Virus record (IMG/VR): IMGVR_UViG_3300046714_000360
Coordinates: 1-64,000 of that record
Origin: a virus
DNA length: 64,000 bases
Strand: one strand, 5' to 3'
Below are positions 26,260 through 34,550 of this stretch, piece after piece (the stretch's first letter is position 1; every line of letters begins with the position of its first letter). The notes under the pieces are model-generated. The model made no database searches. It was not told where the DNA came from and saw nothing but the letters and a program-made list of their open reading frames with translations. Made by a program: the position numbers and the translations under genes.

Positions 26260-26944
26260 GGACCATGAGTTCATCAAGGATGAAGCAGCAGAGATTGCTG
26301 GGGTAGCTACTTCACTCGAACGGCAAGGCATTCGTTGCGATGTAGGACATCCAGAACGCTTTTGGGAGTATGGCTTTGCTCTTCAAACGCTTAGAGGAAT
26401 ATATCCTCAGCTACAAGGTCGTCAGGTTTTGGATGTAGGTGCAGGCTGGAGTCCTTTAGGGCCAACGTTGGCTGGTAGTCGTGTTCTGGTGTCAGAAGTA
26501 GAAATTGATTTTGCATGTTATCCAGAGCGTAAGAAAATCAATGAGCTACTTGGGTACTCAGGTTATAGCGCTATCAATTGGATTCAAGGTACAGCAAGCA
26601 GTATGCAACAACATGCCGAGCTCTTTGATGCAGTGTTCTGTATATCAGTCATGGAGCACGTAGACAGGGCGTACGAGTTGAAGATGTGGGCAGACCTTGC
26701 TAAGCTTGTAGCTCCAGGTGGTTTGTTATTTATCACTTGCGACTGTGTTCCTGACCGTGGACCTAAGGTGTTTGACAATCTGCGACAGACAAACTATATG
26801 ACACAGGATCTTATGGCACGGATAAGTAATCTCGAGTCCAACTATCAGATGGAGCCGTTACTCGGGCAGCCTGATTATGATTATCATGGCAATTTTGTTT
26901 ATGACTACACGTTCTTTATGGCTGCCATGAGGAAGAAGCTATGA
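26228..26944 (+). CDS. class I SAM-dependent methyltransferase, 238 aa (TTG start)
   Basis: VLDVGAGWSPLG (motif I), FDAVFCISVMEHV, VAPGGLLFIT; AAGGAG 8 nt upstream of TTG. Confidence 0.7.
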   Translation: MQTLIKTIQAEDHEFIKDEAAEIAGVATSLERQGIRCDVGHPERFWEYGFALQTLRGIYPQLQGRQVLDVGAGWSPLGPTLAGSRVLVSEVEIDFACYPERKKINELLGYSGYSAINWIQGTASSMQQHAELFDAVFCISVMEHVDRAYELKMWADLAKLVAPGGLLFITCDCVPDRGPKVFDNLRQTNYMTQDLMARISNLESNYQMEPLLGQPDYDYHGNFVYDYTFFMAAMRKKL

Positions 26945-27885
26945 GGGTAGGTCTCATCACAACTTGGGAGGAGCGTTGCGGTATCGCTGAGTATGCTAAG
27001 AATCTCGTTAACAGTGTGACTGCTCTAAACGATGGTGTCACATTTGAGGTGCTTGACGTACGTCAGTCTCAGGCAGCTATTCACGCTGCAACTATTTCAT
27101 GTGATGTAGTCGTGTTCAATTATGAGCCAGGGTTGTATCAGCATCTGCCAATAGTTGAGATGGTGCATCTGTTGAGGCGTACACAGAAAGCTTGTATTTT
27201 AATTCTGCACACGTCACATGCAGGCGACAACAGGAGCGTACTAACAGCACCATTCACCAGAGTTGTTGTGCATGAGAAGACGCAGGACGGTTTTGTCCAT
27301 ATTCCGATGGGCGTGCCAGCGCCGTCGCCTCGTGTAAGGGACGTTGTTCCAAATCTTGTAGGTACTGTCGGTTTTCCATTTCCTTGGAAAGGATTTGACA
27401 TTGTTGCTCAAGCTACAGCGAAGCTAGATCTTATGTGCCTAGTTATCGCACCAGACTCTCCCCATTGGGATACGTATGCAGTTGCTAAATATCTCCGCGA
27501 ACAAAATCCTAACTTGTCTGTAAATACAGCATGGAACTCACAGGAAGATGTTGTAGAGATGCTTAGTCAGTGTGCAGTAAATGTGTTTGCTTACTCAGGG
27601 CACCCAGCAGGGATCAGTGGCGCAGTTAAGCTAGGTGTTGCTGCCCAGCGTCCTTTGGTCATTTCCACATGCAGGCAGTTCAGAGATATGTTAGAGTACT
27701 ATCCAGAAGAGGTGTATGTCGCTGATCCGTTGTCTGTAGATACTGTTGTGGAACAGATCCAGTTAGCGCTGTACACAAGAAAGTTTCCAGTTAGAATGTT
27801 ACAAGAAAATGCTTGGCCTGTGGTAGCTTCCATGTACCGTAACGTTTATCTTGAAGCATTAACTGAGGTGAGAGGATGCTTGTAA
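26941..27885 (+). CDS. GT-B glycosyltransferase (GT4-like), 314 aa
   Basis: ATGA overlap; MRVGLITTWEERCGIAEYAKNL N-terminus typical of GT4 enzymes. Confidence 0.65.
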   Translation: MRVGLITTWEERCGIAEYAKNLVNSVTALNDGVTFEVLDVRQSQAAIHAATISCDVVVFNYEPGLYQHLPIVEMVHLLRRTQKACILILHTSHAGDNRSVLTAPFTRVVVHEKTQDGFVHIPMGVPAPSPRVRDVVPNLVGTVGFPFPWKGFDIVAQATAKLDLMCLVIAPDSPHWDTYAVAKYLREQNPNLSVNTAWNSQEDVVEMLSQCAVNVFAYSGHPAGISGAVKLGVAAQRPLVISTCRQFRDMLEYYPEEVYVADPLSVDTVVEQIQLALYTRKFPVRMLQENAWPVVASMYRNVYLEALTEVRGCL

Positions 27886-29192
27886 AACATTGGACGCATT
27901 GTAGAGTTTGTCAGAGTTCCCCGCTTGCGAGTGTTATTAAGTTCGGTTCTCAGCATATTGTTGGTTTTCCAGAACATGTTGCCTTAGGAGAGAGTGCACC
28001 ACTTGATTTGGTGTTGTGCACGAAATGTGGATTGCTTCAGCTAGAGGATTCCGTCGATGCTTCGTTCTTGTTCAGGCACTTTTGGTATCAGTCAGGTATT
28101 AACGAGCAGATGAAAGCTGCACTGTCTGAAGTTGTTAACAAAGCAGTCCAGATTGCCGCTCCTGTTCAAGGAGATGCTGTGCTTGATATAGGTTCCAATG
28201 ACGGCACATTGCTTAGTTTTTATCCTGCTGGTGTATTGCATAGAGTAGGAGTAGAACCAGCAGAGAATATAGAACAGATCGATAAGTCGTCTGATGTACT
28301 TGTCCATGAGTTCTTTTCCAAAGCTGTTGGTGTGCTTTCTAATTGTCAGTTCAAGATCATAACTGCTATTGCGATGTTCTATGATCTCGATGACCCAGCA
28401 GAGTTTCTACAAGGCGTTAGGCAGGTGCTTGCTCCTAATGGCGTATTGATCATTCAAATGAATGCTCTCAGTGTTATGTTGAAGAACTTAGCTTTCGACA
28501 ATATCTCGCATGAGCATGTGTGTTACTATTCGTTGACCACTCTCAAGTTCCTTGCTGAAATTTGTGGCTTTGACGTAATCGATGTTTCTGAGAACTCTGT
28601 CAATGGTGGTAGTCTTCGAGTTTATTTGATGCAGCGAGGTGCCATGCCTGATGGCATTACTGATGTAGAATTCATGCAAGGCCGTGCACGTGTACATCTT
28701 ATGCTGAAGGAAGAGGCAACAGCTGAGTTGCTGTCACCTGTTACGTATAAAAGGTTCCAAAGTAAGATCACTGCTATACAGACTGAGGTAAATCGCTTTG
28801 TGCATACCGTTGTTGCCAAAGATAAAAAGGTTTGTTTATATGGTGCGTCTACCAGAGGCACTATGTTGATGCAGACTCTCAATATAGCCAATTACGTATT
28901 AGGTGCTGCAGAAAGGGATGCGAAGAAGTACTATCGTACGATGGCAGGCACTGCTGTGAGGATATTCCCAGAAGCGTTACTCAGAACTGTTGCTGACTAT
29001 TTTGTTGTACTGCCATGGCATTTTCTTCCGTCCATTCTCGAACGCGAAAAAGAATGGGGCAAACGAGGAGGACGTTTCGTTGTACCATTACCAGAGCCCA
29101 GGATGTATATGTGCAGTGAAGGTCCTGAAGGAGAGTGGATTTGGAATTCTCTACCGTTGGGCGATGAGTTGTATAATCAAGTAGGACTTTAA
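27876..29192 (+). CDS. NDP-sugar C-methyltransferase-like protein (zinc knuckle + SAM MTase + C-terminal domain), 438 aa
   Basis: CRVCQS..LVLCTKCGLLQL, VLDIGSNDG, TylC3-type three-domain layout. Confidence 0.75.
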   Translation: MLVKHWTHCRVCQSSPLASVIKFGSQHIVGFPEHVALGESAPLDLVLCTKCGLLQLEDSVDASFLFRHFWYQSGINEQMKAALSEVVNKAVQIAAPVQGDAVLDIGSNDGTLLSFYPAGVLHRVGVEPAENIEQIDKSSDVLVHEFFSKAVGVLSNCQFKIITAIAMFYDLDDPAEFLQGVRQVLAPNGVLIIQMNALSVMLKNLAFDNISHEHVCYYSLTTLKFLAEICGFDVIDVSENSVNGGSLRVYLMQRGAMPDGITDVEFMQGRARVHLMLKEEATAELLSPVTYKRFQSKITAIQTEVNRFVHTVVAKDKKVCLYGASTRGTMLMQTLNIANYVLGAAERDAKKYYRTMAGTAVRIFPEALLRTVADYFVVLPWHFLPSILEREKEWGKRGGRFVVPLPEPRMYMCSEGPEGEWIWNSLPLGDELYNQVGL

Positions 29193-29200
29193 GGAGGAAG

Positions 29201-30193
29201 ATGAAAGCATTGATTACAGGCTGTTGCGGACAGGATGGTTACTATCTGAGTAAGTATCTTATGTCACTTGGTTATGAAGTCTGGGGAGGTGCACGGCATA
29301 CGCGTCCTGATCTAACCGTCAATTGGGTATTTCTCGATCTGAAGTTTCATGACACTGTCCAAAGTGCTATTCGCAAAGCCGATCCTGATGAGATTTACAA
29401 CCTAGGTGGGCAGTCATTTGTTCCCCCAAGTTGGATTCGCCCAGATGAGACGTTTGATACGAACACGTCTGGCCTTGCTCGCATTCTCGAGTTTGTTGAG
29501 GGGTATAATCCTAAGATCAAGGTGTACCAAGCATCTAGCTCAGAAATGTTTGGTAATGTCGCTGGCTTCTTGGATGAGGAAGCTAGGATGGCACCAGCTT
29601 CACCGTATGGCATTAGCAAGCTTGCTTCCCATGAACTCTGTCGTGTGTATAGGCAGAAAGGACTGTTCATTGTCAGTGGCATCTGCTTTAATCACGAATC
29701 ACCGGAACGTGGTCCTGAAATGGTGACACGGAAAATCACACAAAAAGTAGCCAAGTGGAAGTTAGGTGATGAGACGCCGTTGCATCTTGGCTCTTTGTCT
29801 CCATATCGTGATTGGGGATTTTCTGGCGACTATGTTAAAGCAATGCACATGATGTTGCAGCAAGCCATACCAGAAGATTATGTGGTAGCCACAGGAGAGA
29901 CGCATACTATTCAGGAGTTTATGGATAAAGCGTGTGCGTATGCTGGTGTGACACCGCGCATTGAGGTTGATCCACGTTTCTTACGAGCTGGTGAGATAAA
30001 GATGCTTTGTGGCAACTCGATGAAAGCGCGTAGGACGTTTGATTGGGCGCCTACTGTCAGTTTTGAGCATCTCGTTCATATGATGGTCGATGCTGATGTT
30101 GCACGAGAGACTGAACGAGTCAGCTCGTTCACTACACAAGAGTGTGTCAATGCAGCGACTGACGCTGTAATAAATTCTTTTGAAAGGAGGTAG
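29201..30193 (+). CDS. gmd: GDP-mannose 4,6-dehydratase
   Basis: ITGCCGQDGYYL, YNLGGQSFV, SSSEMFG, SPYGISKL, FNHESPERG, VTRKIT, RDWGF; colinear with E. coli Gmd as recalled. Confidence 0.9.
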   Translation: MKALITGCCGQDGYYLSKYLMSLGYEVWGGARHTRPDLTVNWVFLDLKFHDTVQSAIRKADPDEIYNLGGQSFVPPSWIRPDETFDTNTSGLARILEFVEGYNPKIKVYQASSSEMFGNVAGFLDEEARMAPASPYGISKLASHELCRVYRQKGLFIVSGICFNHESPERGPEMVTRKITQKVAKWKLGDETPLHLGSLSPYRDWGFSGDYVKAMHMMLQQAIPEDYVVATGETHTIQEFMDKACAYAGVTPRIEVDPRFLRAGEIKMLCGNSMKARRTFDWAPTVSFEHLVHMMVDADVARETERVSSFTTQECVNAATDAVINSFERR

Positions 30194-30196
30194 ACT

Positions 30197-30391
30197 ATGC
30201 CATTGAGTTATCATCCACGCATTCGTGCTTTGCAAGAAGCACAAGAGCTTGCAGGCGTTATTAAGCCTGCGAACAGTGTCGCTGTAGCAAACCTGCTCAG
30301 CGCAGAAGCACAAGGTCAGAAGAAAAAGACTGTGCCTGTTGTCGTGTTCAGTTTCAGCGGCGGCAAGGCAGTCAGATACACAGCAGCATAA
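30197..30391 (+). CDS. hypothetical protein, 64 aa
   Basis: AAAGGAGG SD; ORF track. Confidence 0.45.
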   Translation: MPLSYHPRIRALQEAQELAGVIKPANSVAVANLLSAEAQGQKKKTVPVVVFSFSGGKAVRYTAA

Positions 30392-30400
30392 AGGTGCCAC

Positions 30401-31321
30401 ATGGATCTAGCCGCAGCAGTTGCGTTACAAGGCGCAGCTCACAAGTTGGATGGGCGGACAGAGTTCCAAGGTCTCAAGATCAGTATTGAGAACGAAGTGG
30501 GCTCTGTCCGTCGTGGTGTGAATAAGAAGACTGGTAAAGCCTGGGAGACGCGTATGCGTTATCCGTATGGCTACATCAGGCTCACACAGGGCGTTGACGG
30601 AGATCACGTTGACTGTTTCCTCGGTCCTCATAAGCATGCTCGCTATGCGTATGTGATTCATCAGAATAATCCTAATACTGGCAAGTACGACGAAGACAAG
30701 GTGATGCTCGGCTTCACGTCAGCCACTGCTGCGAAGGCTGCGTACAATGTGCATTATGACCAGCCTTGGAAGTTCTATGGTTCTATGGATGAGGTGCTCA
30801 TGGAGGATTTCATTCGGAAGGTGCTCACTACAAAAGACAGGCCGAAAGTAATCAAGGCTCAGCGGCTAGTGTTGCGTGCAGGTGGGCCTGGTAGTGGTTG
30901 CCACGGTGAGAATTGTGGCAGACCACCTAAGTTTCAAGACGTGATTGATAAGAAGTACTTACGTGCGGGAGAGAAGGCAGGTTACGAAAATGTAAAGCAA
31001 CAGTTTCAGAATTCCACTATCGAATATAAGACTGTAGACAGTGCCAGCATAGAGCGTCAGAATACAGATTTGACACAGTCTGCCGTTGCTCGTTGGGAAA
31101 AGAAGATCAATGATGGTAAGGATATCCCAGCATTCGTTGTTGCTCCTAAAGAGCATGGTGGTTATTTTCTATTAGACGGGCATCATAGGTTAGAAGCTTT
31201 AGGTAAAGATCAGCCTGTTCGTATCGCAGTACTTCAGCCGAAAGTTGGTTGGCATTGGACGCGGCATGTTAGTATGCGTACTCGTGAGATTTGGATGGAT
31301 CTAGAAAGGGAGGAAGTATGA
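30401..31321 (+). CDS. multidomain protein: pyrophosphatase-like N-domain, GGPGSGC..CGRP linker, ParB-like nuclease C-domain, 306 aa
   Basis: YPYGYIRLTQGVDGDHVDCF (family-I PPase-like); RAGGPGSGCHGENCGRPPK at 30878-30931; FLLDGHHRLEAL (ParB/Srx DGHHR). Confidence 0.65.
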   Translation: MDLAAAVALQGAAHKLDGRTEFQGLKISIENEVGSVRRGVNKKTGKAWETRMRYPYGYIRLTQGVDGDHVDCFLGPHKHARYAYVIHQNNPNTGKYDEDKVMLGFTSATAAKAAYNVHYDQPWKFYGSMDEVLMEDFIRKVLTTKDRPKVIKAQRLVLRAGGPGSGCHGENCGRPPKFQDVIDKKYLRAGEKAGYENVKQQFQNSTIEYKTVDSASIERQNTDLTQSAVARWEKKINDGKDIPAFVVAPKEHGGYFLLDGHHRLEALGKDQPVRIAVLQPKVGWHWTRHVSMRTREIWMDLEREEV

Positions 31322-32028
31322 TTGCAGTGCTCACTGCCGTGCTAGGAAGCAAGTTCGGGAAGTACTTTGTTGAATTGGGTGTAGTGGGAGGTCTTGTATT
31401 CGGGGCATATTGGTATGCTGTGAATCATGGTAAGGCTGTTCAGAAGGACGAAGACAACAAGGTGCAAGCACAGGAGCTCGAGAAAGCTCGGCAGGTAGGC
31501 GCTGATGCGAAAGACCTTTTGGTTAAGCAGGCACATGACCACGAGCTAGAAGCAGACCAGCGCGCTCAAGAAGATCGTGCCAAGAACGCTGCACTTGTGT
31601 CTGTTCTGCAAGGGTTAGGTGTAAAAGAAAAAGAAGGAAAGACTCAAGTGAGTCAGTTGCCAGATTCTGAGCTACGGAGTGACATCATACACAAGCTTAG
31701 TGTGCGCGCTGCGAATGATATGACTGCTTGCTATCTGCCTTCTGAGGAACGTGTGCTCGATAATGCGATTACTCAGTACCCTTTATGTGTGCAAGGCAAG
31801 GCAGTACTCACAGAACAGGTGACTACGAAAGAGCACGAGGTACAGGATCAAGTTGTCATGGCCTCTTCTAAGCAGGCGACTATTGATGCTTTGCAGGTGT
31901 ACATCACACAGTTAGAAAAAGATTATAAGGTATTGTACGATCAGCATCCTCCAAAGAAGAGATCGATCAAGTGTTTGTTCATTTGGAAGTGTGCGATTAT
32001 CCCAACCAACATTGTCGTTGCCAAGTAG
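31318..32028 (+). CDS. membrane-anchored coiled-coil-like protein, 236 aa
   Basis: AGGGAGGAAG SD before ATG31318; N-terminal hydrophobic IAVLTAVLG..VVGGLVFGAYWYAV. Confidence 0.6.
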   Translation: MIAVLTAVLGSKFGKYFVELGVVGGLVFGAYWYAVNHGKAVQKDEDNKVQAQELEKARQVGADAKDLLVKQAHDHELEADQRAQEDRAKNAALVSVLQGLGVKEKEGKTQVSQLPDSELRSDIIHKLSVRAANDMTACYLPSEERVLDNAITQYPLCVQGKAVLTEQVTTKEHEVQDQVVMASSKQATIDALQVYITQLEKDYKVLYDQHPPKKRSIKCLFIWKCAIIPTNIVVAK

Positions 32029-32037
32029 GAGGCAGTC

Positions 32038-32253
32038 ATGGATCACCGTACAGCTGTCGCTCTTTATGATCCACCATCTTCAGAGAAGACAGGTCCTGGT
32101 GGTTGACTGATCAAAATAGGCGACCGCGTGACGGTCGATAGTGCGAAGAATCAAACAGGTGTAGTGCTTAGCCGCAAAGGGAGAGAGCTCACAGTACAAA
32201 TGAACCCGTCCGGTGACAAGGTTACCGTTGACCAGCGTGAGGTGCATCTGTGA
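32038..32253 (+). CDS. KOW-like small protein reading frame interrupted by in-frame TGA (32104-32106): recoding, split ORFs or pseudogene
   Basis: AGGAGG SD + ATG32038, 22 codons, TGA, then 48 in-frame codons LIKIGDRVTVDSAKNQTGVV..; no ATG after the TGA. Confidence 0.4.
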
Positions 32254-33158
32254 ATCTCCAAACTTATATGTCATTGTATGCAGGAGGTCCTGGTAGTGGA
32301 TGTACAGGTAGCAACTGTGGCAGACCAGCAGGAAGCAGTTCTTCAAATGAACATAAAGCGGGTGACCATGTGTACTCTGTGCATCAGTACACTGCTGATA
32401 AAGGTGTCATTGAAAAAACGAGTGGCCCTTGGCATCTTATCAGTACTCCTACTAAAGGCAGTCAAGTTTTCCATGATAAGGAGCTTACCAAAGTTCCAAG
32501 GTCTGTTCATAATGTGGAGATGGTTGCACGGCTTAGTACTGTAGTGGATGATGCTATTACTCGGTTTGCTGCTCAACAGCTTCGTGATACAGCGGAGCCT
32601 GTAAAGTATTCCCATCAAGCTAAGGCACAAGCTAGGCAGAATAGGGAGTACAATAATGATATGTTACTGAATAGATACATTGTCGGTAACAGGCTAGTCG
32701 ATGTAGTCCACTCTCTTGCAAAAAGTAATCCTGCTGCGTTTGCACAAGCGCTGAAAGCTAATCAGATCTTTCATAGGGAAGAAGCTCGCCGTTCATCTGA
32801 AGACTCGTTTAGGCACACTGACAATGTGAAGGTGATGGGAGAACAGCTCAAAGGGTTGCAGCTACTTAGAGAAGCGCTTACTACAGTGCAGCATACAAGT
32901 CTTAAGAGCGATGCTGATATTGCTGTTTATCATATGGAAGGGTTCCCTGCCTTTCATCCGCCATCGCTAAAGAATCCACAGCACATACCAGCTGATCAGC
33001 CTGGAGAGACTGACGACCGTTTCTTGGATGTCACCAAACGTAAGTCGCGTGAGAATGCATTATTCAATGACCAGCTAACGAGGAACCAAGGACAGCCTAC
33101 AACGGTGCGGACTACCTTGGTAGAACCCGGCACTTATGTTCCCTTTGATAAGTTATAA
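32250..33158 (+). CDS. hypothetical protein with N-terminal GGPGSGC..CGRP motif, 302 aa (GTG start)
   Basis: YAGGPGSGCTGSNCGRPAG at 32280-32333; GTGA overlap with upstream stop. Confidence 0.65.
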   Translation: MNLQTYMSLYAGGPGSGCTGSNCGRPAGSSSSNEHKAGDHVYSVHQYTADKGVIEKTSGPWHLISTPTKGSQVFHDKELTKVPRSVHNVEMVARLSTVVDDAITRFAAQQLRDTAEPVKYSHQAKAQARQNREYNNDMLLNRYIVGNRLVDVVHSLAKSNPAAFAQALKANQIFHREEARRSSEDSFRHTDNVKVMGEQLKGLQLLREALTTVQHTSLKSDADIAVYHMEGFPAFHPPSLKNPQHIPADQPGETDDRFLDVTKRKSRENALFNDQLTRNQGQPTTVRTTLVEPGTYVPFDKL

Positions 33159-33192
33159 ATAAGAAGAAAAGACTCCGTACAATTCATTGACC

Positions 33193-33849
33193 ATGAACTC
33201 GCATCCTGGGAATCCTATGCAAGGTAAGAAGCACTCTGCTTCTTCTATTCGTAAGATGCAGAAAGCTGCACAACAGCGTTGGAAGGATAAAGATTATAAG
33301 ACACGTTGGGTTGCTGCAGTTAGAAAGCGTTGGAAAGATCCTAGGTTTGCAGCAAGAAGGAGACGTGAGCTCAAAGATCCAGTTAGGTGTTCTAGGATCT
33401 CTGCTGCCCATGTAGGTAAAGTTATGCCGCGTAGCGCTATTGCTAAAATGCGTGCCACTAAGTTGTTGCCAGCAAATCGTCGGGCAGCGTCAGAACGTGC
33501 AAAGAAGCAATGGCTATCTCCAGGTATGCAGCAACGTATGCATGCTAAAGGATGGAATACAAAACTTGAGCAGTTAGTATCTGCAGTGTTGTCTCAGTTA
33601 GGTATCAAGTTTAAACAACAGCCTGATATTCCAGGCGTAAGTTCGGTTCCTGATTTTCTGTTGCCTAGCTTTAATAGAATCGTTGAGTGTGATGGTGCTT
33701 ATTGGCATACACGTCCTGAAGTGCAAATGAGAGACAGACGGTCTACAAGACGATATCGTAAAGCAGGTTATCATGTATCGAGGTGGTCAGACAAGTTTGT
33801 AAAAAGGCAGTCTTTCATATCTCATGTTGTGAGGTTGCTAGGTTTATGA
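33193..33849 (+). CDS. free-standing homing-endonuclease-like protein: NUMOD3-type repeats + Vsr/DUF559-like PD-(D/E)XK domain, 218 aa
   Basis: GKKHSASSIRKMQKA, GKVMPRSAIAKMRAT; VPDFLLPSFNRIVECDGAYWH..RDRRSTRRYRKAGYHVSRW. Confidence 0.6.
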   Translation: MNSHPGNPMQGKKHSASSIRKMQKAAQQRWKDKDYKTRWVAAVRKRWKDPRFAARRRRELKDPVRCSRISAAHVGKVMPRSAIAKMRATKLLPANRRAASERAKKQWLSPGMQQRMHAKGWNTKLEQLVSAVLSQLGIKFKQQPDIPGVSSVPDFLLPSFNRIVECDGAYWHTRPEVQMRDRRSTRRYRKAGYHVSRWSDKFVKRQSFISHVVRLLGL

Positions 33850-34550
33850 CACCACCTACAGATATTGTGATTTGTTTACATTCGACTGCACAATACCCGA
33901 TGATTGAGTACTTCAAACCGTGTGTCGAGACTGTGAGGCAGCACACCCAGGCCGTCCGCTTCATTTTCGTGAGCGATGGTTGTGATGCTGCACATGACCA
34001 GGAGATGCAGGAATACATCAAACGGTTCCCTGAGAGCTTGTATCTCCGGACGCCGAAGCAGTTGTGGTTCACTCGTGCCCATAACTTAGGTCTCCGGTTT
34101 GCCCGGACACCATGGGTCGTGATGCTAAACGCGGACACGGTTGTTGATGCCGGTTGGCTGGAGGATCTTTATGATGTTCGGGATGCCGTATCCGCAGAAG
34201 GATACAAAGTGGGTCTTGTCGGAGTGGAGCAGTCTGGAGAAGAGCAGAGGCGCTACCACAGAACTGCTGAGCCCGGATTTGTCACAGGCCACTGCTATCT
34301 TGCAAGCATGGATGCATTGTATGAAGCCTCAGCTAATAGAGGAACGCCAGGCATCTATCTTGATGAGACACAACAGAAGACGATACATATATATTCCGAC
34401 AACGAGATCTGTTACAGAATGAATCAGTTAGGTTGGACGACTGTAACATCCTTCAAAACTGCTGTTGGTCATCATGGAGGTAAGGCTTGGGGATATGATT
34501 TAAGTGTGTTGGGGCTTCCACTAGATGCTGTTGCCCCAAGATGGATTTGA
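33846..34550 (+). CDS. GT2 family glycosyltransferase, 234 aa
   Basis: ATGA overlap; IVICLHS.., FIFVSDGCD, NLGLRFA..VVMLNADT. Confidence 0.7.
   Translation: MTPPTDIVICLHSTAQYPMIEYFKPCVETVRQHTQAVRFIFVSDGCDAAHDQEMQEYIKRFPESLYLRTPKQLWFTRAHNLGLRFARTPWVVMLNADTVVDAGWLEDLYDVRDAVSAEGYKVGLVGVEQSGEEQRRYHRTAEPGFVTGHCYLASMDALYEASANRGTPGIYLDETQQKTIHIYSDNEICYRMNQLGWTTVTSFKTAVGHHGGKAWGYDLSVLGLPLDAVAPRWI

Noticed and set aside
32104-32106. Genome-wide reassignment of TGA as a sense codon
   Set aside because: TGA ends many well-supported genes here, including numerous ATGA and GTGA overlaps (3886, 4071, 4286, 7246, 26941, 38662, 58278 and others). The in-frame TGA is therefore treated as a local anomaly.
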